Of a stretch of 37,778 bases of DNA, positions 9,047 through 15,734 are shown in pieces. The DNA lies in the NCBI GenBank assembly GCA_903918155.1, contig CAIXDD010000103.1, positions 1-37,778 on the forward strand, given 5' to 3'. Position numbers and translations under genes: made by a program. This DNA comes from an uncultured Hyphomicrobiales bacterium (GTDB lineage: Bacteria > Pseudomonadota > Alphaproteobacteria > Rhizobiales > Beijerinckiaceae). Position 1 is the first letter of the stretch. Every line of letters begins with the position of its first letter. A model generated the notes under the pieces. That model did no database searches. It was not told the origin of the DNA and was given only the letters and a program-made list of their open reading frames with translations.

Positions 9047-10075
9047 ATGCGCGCCTCGCCCGTGGAGCCTCCCTTGCCAGCCGCCTCGCCGCCTGATCCC
9101 GCCCGCGCGCCGCCGGCCCGGCGCATCTTCTTGCTGGGGGCCACCGGCACGATCGGCCGCGCCGTCACGCGCGCCCTGCTCGCGCGCGGCCACGAGGTGA
9201 TTTGCTTCTTGCGGACGCAAAAGGGCGGGGCGGCCCTGCCGGAGGGCGCGCAGATGCGGTTCGGCGACGTGCGCGACCCGGCCTCGCTCGCGCGCGAGGG
9301 CTTTCGCGGCGAATCCTGCGACGCAGTCATCTCCTGCATCGCCTCGCGCACCGGCGCGGCGCAGGACGCCTGGGCGATCGATCACGGCGCGAATCTGAAT
9401 GCGCTCGCGGCCGGTCAGGCGGCGGGCGTCTCCCATTTCGTGCTTCTGTCGGCGATCTGCGTGCAAAAGCCGCGGCTCGCCTTTCAGCACGCCAAGCTCG
9501 CCTTCGAGGCGGCGCTGATCGCCTCCGGCATGACCTATTCCATCGTGCGGCCGACGGCCTTCTTCAAATCCCTCTCGGGCCAGATCGAGCGCGTGCGCGC
9601 GGGCAAGCCGTTTCTCCTCTTCGCCGACGGGCTGGGCACGGCGTGCAAGCCGATCAGCGACGCGGATCTGGCGGCCTTCATCGCCGATTGCCTCGAGGAT
9701 GAGGAGCGGCGCAATCGCATCCTGCCGATCGGAGGACCCGGGCCCGCCATCACGCCGCGCGCGCAGGGCGAAGCCTTGTTCGCGCTGCTCGGGCGCGAAC
9801 CGCGGTTCAAGCGCGCGCCCTTGTGGATGATGGACGCCATCGTATGCGCGCTGGAATGGGCCGCGCGTCTTGCGCCCGCTCTGGCGACGAAGGCGGAGCT
9901 GGCGCGCATCGGGCGATATTACGCCACCGAGTCGATGCTCGTTTTCGATCCCGTCACGGGCCGTTACGACGCCGACGCCACCCCGTCGACAGGGTCCGAC
10001 CTCTTGTTCGATCATTACGCCCGCGTGCTCAACGGCGAGGCGCAGGTCGAGCGCGGCGCGCATGCGGTGTTCTGA
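9047..10075 (+). CDS. bciA: NADPH-dependent divinyl-(proto)chlorophyllide a 8-vinyl reductase (BciA/DVR family)
   Basis: Rossmann 'GATGTIG'; family-typical 'SCIASRTG', 'LLSAICVQKPRLAFQHAKL', 'IVRPTAFFKSL', 'CKPISD', 'LPIGGPG', 'ARIGRYYATESML', 'YDADATPS.G', C-terminal 'GAHAVF'. Start codon uncertain. Confidence 0.85.
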   Translation: MRASPVEPPLPAASPPDPARAPPARRIFLLGATGTIGRAVTRALLARGHEVICFLRTQKGGAALPEGAQMRFGDVRDPASLAREGFRGESCDAVISCIASRTGAAQDAWAIDHGANLNALAAGQAAGVSHFVLLSAICVQKPRLAFQHAKLAFEAALIASGMTYSIVRPTAFFKSLSGQIERVRAGKPFLLFADGLGTACKPISDADLAAFIADCLEDEERRNRILPIGGPGPAITPRAQGEALFALLGREPRFKRAPLWMMDAIVCALEWAARLAPALATKAELARIGRYYATESMLVFDPVTGRYDADATPSTGSDLLFDHYARVLNGEAQVERGAHAVF

Positions 10076-10136
10076 CCCGCGGCGTTCTCGCGCGGCGTTC
10101 TGACGCGCGTGGTGTTTTTACGCGGCGTTTTTGCGC
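10076..10136. repeat. Degenerate ~13-bp tandem repeat (CGCGGCGTTyTnn, ~4 units)
   Basis: cgcggcgttctcg / cgcggcgttctga / cgtggtgttttta / cgcggcgtttttg directly after the bciA stop. Confidence 0.65.
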
Positions 10137-10151
10137 GACATGACGCCTGAC

Positions 10152-10188
10152 AAAAAGGCTGGAGGGATCGCTCCCTCCAGCCTCTTTC
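10152..10188 (-). terminator. Intrinsic terminator, probably bidirectional
   Basis: AAAAAGGCTGGAGGGA-tcgc-TCCCTCCAGCCT-CTTT: 12-bp stem; the A5 tract reads as a U-tract on the minus strand. Confidence 0.8.
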
Positions 10189-10213
10189 GCGCAAGCGCTG
10201 TCGTCAGTCGGGC

Positions 10214-12382
10214 TTACGCCCAGCTGAGATCATGTTTCAGGATCGGCGTGGAGCGAACGCGCTTGCCGGTCGCGGCGAAGATCGCATTGGCCACCGCCGG
10301 CGGCGTCGGCGGGCCGGCCGTTTCGCCGAAGCCGCCCCACCATTTGTCTTCCGACATGGCGAAATGGCTTTCCACCTTCGGCATGTCGGGCAGGCGCAGC
10401 ATTTTATAATTGTTGAAGTTCACGTTGTTCACGCGGCCCTCGCGAATGTCGAGGCCGCCATGCAGGACGTGGCTCAACTCCCAGGCGACGCAGCCCTTCA
10501 CCTGTTCGTGCGCCGCGCGCGGGTTGATGACGTAACCCGTGTTCGACACGACGACGATCTTCTCGATCGACAGCGAGCCCCTGCGCGACACTTCCACCGT
10601 CGCGCACACGCCCACCGTGGAGCCGTGCGATTCGACGACCGCGACGCCCATGCCCTGTCCCTTGGGCAATTTGGTCGTGAAGCCGGCGACCTCCTTCATC
10701 TTCAGCAACACGCGCTGCCAGCGCTCATTGCCTTCCGTCATCTTGATGCGCCATTCCAGCGGATCCCAGCCGCCCGCCAACGCCATCTCGTCGATGAATT
10801 GCTCCATCAGGAAGCCGTTGCTGTTGCTGCCCGGCGCGCGATTGGGGCCGACCGGCATATGGCTGGCGGCCACATGGCGCTCATAGCGATAATGGGGAAT
10901 CGCATAAGGGATATTCGCGATTCCGCGGTCCGCATAGGCGGGCACGTTGGGCTCGGCGACGGCGCGGCTGAGCATCGCCTTCGGCAGGCCCTTCTCGTCC
11001 AGGCTCGCCTCGAAATGCGCCCAGACCGGCGGGCGCGAGCGCGCCTGCGCGGTGTCTTCCTCGCGCGTCCAGATCACCTTAACGGGCTTGCCGACCTGTT
11101 TCGACAATTCCACCGCCTGGCGGGGCAGGTCGACGGCGTTGCCAAGGCCGAAGGCGCCGCCCTGATAGGTGGCGTGGACGAACACGTCCTTCGTGTCGCG
11201 GCCCGCCTGATTGGCGGTCAGGCGCAGCAGCGCCGAGACGTCCTGCGTGAAGCTCCACACGTCCACCCGATCCTTGGCGACATGCGCCACGGCTGAGGGC
11301 GGGCACATGGGCGCATGGGCCTCGTAAGGGCGCATGAACTCGCTCTTGATCGCCTTGCCGTCGGCCGCGAGGAGGGGACGCGGATCGCCGCGCACCTCTT
11401 CGACGTGCTTGGCCTCCTTGCCCATCAGGTCCACAGCCTGCTTGTCCATCGCCGCGAAGCTCATGGAGGCGCCGGGGCCGAAGTCCCACTCGATCTTCAC
11501 GAGATCGAGCGCCGTCTTCGCGCGATAGAACGAATCCGCCACCACCGCGACCGCGCTGCGCAGATCCGAGTTGGCGAGCTTGTCCTTCGACTGTTTCAGC
11601 TCGATCACGGCGACGACGCCGGGGCGTTCCTTCGCCGCGGATGCGTCGAAGCTCTTCACCTTGCCGCCGGGCACGGGGCAGGCTTTCACCGCCGCATAGA
11701 CCATGCCGGGCACGCGCACGTCGATGGGATAGATCGCGCTGCCGTCCACCTTCACGGCGACGTCCATGCGCGGCGCGTCCTTGCCCAGGAGCCACCAATC
11801 GCCATAGGCCTTGATCTTGGGCTCCTCGGCGAGTTTCACGCTCGCGGCCGCAGAGGCGAATTCGCCATAGGTCCCCTTGTTGGAGCCAGCCGAGAGCATG
11901 CCCTGTTCGGCCTTCACCTGCGCGCGCGGCACGCCCCATTTCAGCGCCGCCGCTTCCCGCAGGCGTTCGCGCGCGGAGGCGCCCGCCTGCATGATGTGCG
12001 GATGGCGGTTGCGCACGAGATTCGAGCTGCCCGTGGACATATCCTTATATTCCTGCCCGCGGTTCACATGCCGGTTCGCGTCGGCCAGCACGGCGCGCAC
12101 GTCCTTCCACGGGACGTTCAGCTCTTCGGCGATGAGCTGCGCCACGGAGGTCATGCCGCCCTGGCCCATTTCCGTATGGGGCGTGCGCACGGTCACCACG
12201 CCCTTGGGGTCGATGGTGAGCCAGGCGTTGATTTCAGGGCCCTCGGCCGGCGCCTTGGAGGCGTCGCCCATCACGAGATTGGCGGCCTGCGCCACCGGCA
12301 CATGGAAGCCCAGCATCAGTCCGCCGCCAGCGGCGAGCGCGCTGGTGACGAAGGAGCGGCGGGAGAGATCGACGTTCGTCAT
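10214..12382 (-). CDS. iorB: Xanthine dehydrogenase family molybdopterin-binding subunit, IorB type (copy 1)
   Basis: True start at ATG 12382 (MTNVDLSRRSFV, twin-Arg-like); 'EINAWLTI', 'TEMGQG', 'YQGGAFG', 'RAPGSN', 'GGFGETAGPP.PPAVANAIFAATGKRVRSTP'. Symbol is a family-level assignment; substrate unknown. Confidence 0.9.
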   Translation of the reverse strand: MTNVDLSRRSFVTSALAAGGGLMLGFHVPVAQAANLVMGDASKAPAEGPEINAWLTIDPKGVVTVRTPHTEMGQGGMTSVAQLIAEELNVPWKDVRAVLADANRHVNRGQEYKDMSTGSSNLVRNRHPHIMQAGASARERLREAAALKWGVPRAQVKAEQGMLSAGSNKGTYGEFASAAASVKLAEEPKIKAYGDWWLLGKDAPRMDVAVKVDGSAIYPIDVRVPGMVYAAVKACPVPGGKVKSFDASAAKERPGVVAVIELKQSKDKLANSDLRSAVAVVADSFYRAKTALDLVKIEWDFGPGASMSFAAMDKQAVDLMGKEAKHVEEVRGDPRPLLAADGKAIKSEFMRPYEAHAPMCPPSAVAHVAKDRVDVWSFTQDVSALLRLTANQAGRDTKDVFVHATYQGGAFGLGNAVDLPRQAVELSKQVGKPVKVIWTREEDTAQARSRPPVWAHFEASLDEKGLPKAMLSRAVAEPNVPAYADRGIANIPYAIPHYRYERHVAASHMPVGPNRAPGSNSNGFLMEQFIDEMALAGGWDPLEWRIKMTEGNERWQRVLLKMKEVAGFTTKLPKGQGMGVAVVESHGSTVGVCATVEVSRRGSLSIEKIVVVSNTGYVINPRAAHEQVKGCVAWELSHVLHGGLDIREGRVNNVNFNNYKMLRLPDMPKVESHFAMSEDKWWGGFGETAGPPTPPAVANAIFAATGKRVRSTPILKHDLSWA

Positions 12383-12393
12383 GTCAGCTCTCC

Positions 12394-12852
12394 TCAAGCG
12401 CCGATTTTCGCGGCGGCGTGAATCGCCTCGCGAATTTGCAGGTAAGTGCCGCAGCGGCAGATGTTGCCGGCCATGGCTTCGTCGATCTGGCGATCGGTCG
12501 GCTTCGGGTTCTTTTGCAGCAGCGCGGCCGCCGACATGATCTGGCCGGACTGGCAATAGCCGCATTGCGGCACCGTATGCTCGATCCACGCCTTCTGGAT
12601 CGGATGGCTGCGATCCTTCGACAGGCCCTCGATGGTGACGATCTTCTTGCCGGCGGCGGCGGCCGCGTTGAGATTGCAGGCCTTGGTGGGCTGGCCGTCC
12701 AGATGGATCATGCAGGCGCCGCATTCGGCGATGCCGCAGCCATATTTCGTGCCGGTGAGGCCGATCGTGTCGCGCAGCACCCAGAGCAAGGGCGTTTCGG
12801 CTTCGACGTCGACCTCATGGGTCGCGCCGTTGACGTTGAGCGTCAATTTCAT
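12394..12852 (-). CDS. iorA: 2x[2Fe-2S] small subunit, IorA type (copy 1)
   Basis: '[14 protein letters not shown]', '[12 protein letters not shown]', 'NICRCGTY'; RBS GGAGGG; directly upstream of iorB copy 1. Confidence 0.93.
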   Translation of the reverse strand: MKLTLNVNGATHEVDVEAETPLLWVLRDTIGLTGTKYGCGIAECGACMIHLDGQPTKACNLNAAAAAGKKIVTIEGLSKDRSHPIQKAWIEHTVPQCGYCQSGQIMSAAALLQKNPKPTDRQIDEAMAGNICRCGTYLQIREAIHAAAKIGA

Positions 12853-12949
12853 GTGTTCCCTCCTTGGCGCCGCCGCGGATCTTGAAAGGGGTCGGGCCCC
12901 GCCGCGCGCAGCTTGCGCAGGAGAATATCCGATCGGAGAATTTAGCCAA

Positions 12950-12980
12950 GCCCCGCCTGTCGGGCGCGCGCCGGCGGGGC
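12950..12980 (-). terminator. Possible hairpin after the soxYZ-like gene
   Basis: GCCCCGCC ... GGCGGGGC inverted repeat immediately downstream of the minus-strand stop at 12982; long loop and only a short T run. Confidence 0.35.
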
Positions 12981-12981
12981 G

Positions 12982-13815
12982 TCAGCGCACGGTCAGGCGC
13001 GCCTGGTTCACGAAAGTGAGGTCCTGCGTGTCGTACCAGGCGAAATCAAGCGCGGCGTCATGGGTGGCGCGGCAATGGAATTCGAAGAACGGATTGGCCG
13101 CCACGGAAGGGTAGAGGCGCGCGCGGAACAGGCTTTCGCCCCCGTAAGAACACGAGAAACTGGAGATGATGCGCTGGCGCACCCAATCGTCCAGCTCGTT
13201 GAGGCGCAGGCCCGTCTCCATGGGATGGGAGATGAGCGCGCGAATCGTCACGATTTCGCCGGGGCGCGCCTGCGCCGGCGCGCTCACCCGCGACAGCGGC
13301 CTGAAGCTCGCCACGTCCTGAATGGTTCCGCTCCCGTCGTCGGCGCAGGCGCCTGCGGCGATCTCCACCTCCACGTCGTCGCGCAGCAGACGGCCGTCGC
13401 TCATCTGCACGACGAGGGTGATCTTCTGCGAGCGTTCGAGGCGGATGCGCGTGCTGAAGGCGGCGCGTCCGCTGGCGGGCGTGAACCAGACGGAGACGAC
13501 CTGCGGATTGGGATTGGCATGGGCCACCACATGGGCCACGCGCGGATAATCCTGCGCGTTCATGGCGCTGTCGATTCGGACGGAGATGGGGACCGAGGCG
13601 CCGTTGTCCACGGCGTCGGGCGTGGTCAGCCGCGCGCCCTGGCGCGCATAAGGTCCGGGGCCGAGGAAAGCGGAGATCGCGTCCTCCGCATCCCGCCATA
13701 GCGGATCATAGCCGCGCCCGCGCACGTCCACGCTCTGGGCGCGCCCGGCGCCGGGCCGGGCGAGCGCGAGCGCGGCCGCGCCCGCGCGCAGGAAATCCCG
13801 CCGGCTCGTCGTCAT
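12982..13815 (-). CDS. soxYZ: Tat-exported fused SoxY-like/SoxZ-like sulfur-carrier protein
   Basis: ATG 13815 gives MTTSRRDFL (Tat). SoxY-like part 'PDAVDNGASVPISV...ANPNPQV...FSTRIRLERSQKI..VVQMSDG...VEIAAGAC'; SoxZ-like part 'GEIVTIRALISHPMETG...IISSFSCSYGG..LFRARLYPSVAANPFFEF'. 277 aa. Confidence 0.85.
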   Translation of the reverse strand: MTTSRRDFLRAGAAALALARPGAGRAQSVDVRGRGYDPLWRDAEDAISAFLGPGPYARQGARLTTPDAVDNGASVPISVRIDSAMNAQDYPRVAHVVAHANPNPQVVSVWFTPASGRAAFSTRIRLERSQKITLVVQMSDGRLLRDDVEVEIAAGACADDGSGTIQDVASFRPLSRVSAPAQARPGEIVTIRALISHPMETGLRLNELDDWVRQRIISSFSCSYGGESLFRARLYPSVAANPFFEFHCRATHDAALDFAWYDTQDLTFVNQARLTVR

Positions 13816-13841
13816 GGCGCAGCCCCTGCGGGCGTGCGCCC

Positions 13842-15137
13842 TTATTTGCGCTGGCTCTCGCGTCGCACGACCTCCTCGAGCTGCGCCCAGGGCTCGCGCT
13901 CCGTGAACCGCGCGCGCATGAATTTCATCACCGCGATCATGTCGGCGTCGGTGATCTGGTTCCGGAAGGCGGGCATGGAGCGATCGAGCGCGCCTTGCGG
14001 CGGCTTGACGCCCTCGAACGTCGCGCGCACCGCATTGGTGGGATCGGGCAGGTTCAGCGCGCTGTTCAGCGCCAGCGGCGCAGGCTTGCCGCCCTTCTTG
14101 TGGCATTCGGCGCAGCGCGTCTGGAACAGGCGCTGGCCGGGATCGACAGGCGCGCCCGGCGCGGAGGCGTCGCGGGCTGCGTCCCACTCGGTCTTGTCCA
14201 CGCGCGCCATGGCCGTCTTTTCGGCCTCCGCCTGCGCTTGCGGGGATTTCGCCGGGCCTGCGAGGGAGACGACGTAAGCGGCGAGCGCGAACATGTCGTC
14301 CTCTTTCTGGTCGCGCAGATTGCTCGAGACCGGCCCCATGGAGCCGGCGGCCAGTCCGTGGTGCTTGTCCCACCCGTCCATGAGATAGTTCACGAGCGCG
14401 GTCTTGGTCCATGGAATCGGCGCCGGCGAGGAGGCGTCGAGGGCGGGCGCGTACCAGCCGTTCACGAAGGCGCCCGCATAGGCGCGTTTCGCATCGATCG
14501 CGCCTAGCGCGTTGCGCGGCGAATGGCAGGCGCCGCAATGGCCGAGGCCTTCGGCCAGATAGGCGCCGCGCGTCCATTCCGCGTCCCGCTCCGGGCCGGC
14601 CTTGGGCAGATCGGGCTTCAGGAACAAGGCGTTCCACACGGCCAGGCCCTGCCGGACATTGAAGGGAAACGCCATGGCGTTGGCCGGCGTCTTGTCGGCC
14701 TGCGGCGCCACGCCCTGCAGGAAATAGGCGTAGAGCGCCTCGATGTCCTCGTCGTTCACCCGGCTGAAATGGTCATAGGGGAAGGCGGGATAGAGATAGG
14801 CGCCGGAGCGGCTCACGCCCTCGCGCATGGCGCGGGCGAAGGCGGCGAGCGACCATTGGCCGATCCCGTTCTCCTTGTGGGGCGTGATATTGCTGGAGAA
14901 CAGCGTCCCGAAGGGCGTCTCGATGGCGCGTCCGCCTGCGAAAGGCCTGCCCCCCTCGCGGGTGTGGCAATAGGCGCAGCTGCCCAACGCCGCCAGGGTC
15001 TCTCCCTGCGACACGACCTTGCGCCCATAATCCTTGATCTCGCCGACGGGCGCGATCTCGGACTTCTGTGTGGCGAAGATGAAGCCGGCTGCGCCGGCCA
15101 GTCCGGCTGCGACGACGAAAGCAAACGCACGCCTCAT
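13842..15137 (-). CDS. Triheme cytochrome c, membrane-bound dehydrogenase cytochrome-subunit type
   Basis: N-terminal signal/anchor; three CxxCH motifs (CAYCH, CGACH, CAECH); 'TPFGTLFSSNITP', 'LYPAFPYDHF', 'CHSPRN.LG' as in cytochrome subunits of aldehyde/alcohol/gluconate dehydrogenases. Confidence 0.92.
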   Translation of the reverse strand: MRRAFAFVVAAGLAGAAGFIFATQKSEIAPVGEIKDYGRKVVSQGETLAALGSCAYCHTREGGRPFAGGRAIETPFGTLFSSNITPHKENGIGQWSLAAFARAMREGVSRSGAYLYPAFPYDHFSRVNDEDIEALYAYFLQGVAPQADKTPANAMAFPFNVRQGLAVWNALFLKPDLPKAGPERDAEWTRGAYLAEGLGHCGACHSPRNALGAIDAKRAYAGAFVNGWYAPALDASSPAPIPWTKTALVNYLMDGWDKHHGLAAGSMGPVSSNLRDQKEDDMFALAAYVVSLAGPAKSPQAQAEAEKTAMARVDKTEWDAARDASAPGAPVDPGQRLFQTRCAECHKKGGKPAPLALNSALNLPDPTNAVRATFEGVKPPQGALDRSMPAFRNQITDADMIAVMKFMRARFTEREPWAQLEEVVRRESQRK

Positions 15138-15262
15138 CGGGCTCTGTCCTCCTCGGTTCCTTCCCCACCGCTCTTGTTCAGGAACGGATTGCCAATTTTC
15201 GCGGCAAGCAATAGCTTAATCTCAGGGCTCATGAAAAGGGCCGCAAACGAAGGAAACGCTCC
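15138..15262. promoter_or_regulatory. Divergent promoter region with inverted repeat TTGCC-N9-GGCAA
   Basis: 125-bp, relatively AT-rich gap between diverging genes; TTGCC at 15189-15193 and GGCAA at 15203-15207. Confidence 0.45.
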
Positions 15263-15724
15263 ATGGCGATCAACCTCTCCATCAACGGCGTGTCCCACTC
15301 CGTGGACATCGAGCCGGAAACCCCCTTGTTGTGGGTGCTGCGCGACGCGATCGGGCTCACGGGCACCAAATATGGCTGCGGCATTTCGCGCTGCGGCGCA
15401 TGCACCGTGCATGTGGACGGGCAGGCGACGAAATCCTGCCAGACGGCGGTGTCCGCCGTGGCGGGCAAGAAGGTGACGACCATCGAGGGCCTGTCGCAGG
15501 ACAGCAGCCATCCTGTCCAGCAGGCGTGGCGCGAAGTGGGCGTGCCCCAATGCGGCTATTGCCAGTCGGGCCAGATCATGTCCGCCGCCGCCCTCCTGCA
15601 GAAGAGCCCCAAGCCGACCGATCGCCAGATCGACGAGGCCATGGCGGGCAATATCTGCCGTTGCGGCACCTATCAGCGCATCAAGGCCGGCATCCGCCGC
15701 GCCTCGCAGATTTCCGGCGCGTGA
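15263..15724 (+). CDS. iorA: 2x[2Fe-2S] small subunit, IorA type (copy 2)
   Basis: '[14 protein letters not shown]', '[12 protein letters not shown]', 'NICRCGTY'. Confidence 0.93.
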   Translation: MAINLSINGVSHSVDIEPETPLLWVLRDAIGLTGTKYGCGISRCGACTVHVDGQATKSCQTAVSAVAGKKVTTIEGLSQDSSHPVQQAWREVGVPQCGYCQSGQIMSAAALLQKSPKPTDRQIDEAMAGNICRCGTYQRIKAGIRRASQISGA

Positions 15725-15734
15725 GGAGACCATC

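Noticed and set aside
12383-12724. Extended 836-aa IorB or an IorA-IorB fusion
   Set aside because: The extension overlaps iorA1 out of frame; iorA1 has its own stop and iorB1 has an RBS and leader at 12382.
13816-14637. N-terminal extension making SoxYZ a 551-aa protein
   Set aside because: It overlaps the cytochrome c gene in another frame and is Arg/Ala-rich shadow sequence; the Tat leader starts at 13815.
12982-15137. Canonical Sox thiosulfate-oxidation cluster
   Set aside because: No soxA/X/B/C/D, SoxY lacks the free GGCGG terminus, and the cytochrome is the dehydrogenase-subunit type rather than SoxAX.
15176-15195. Sigma54 promoter on the minus strand (TGGCAATCCGTTCC)
   Set aside because: There is no GC dinucleotide at the required -12 spacing from the GG.
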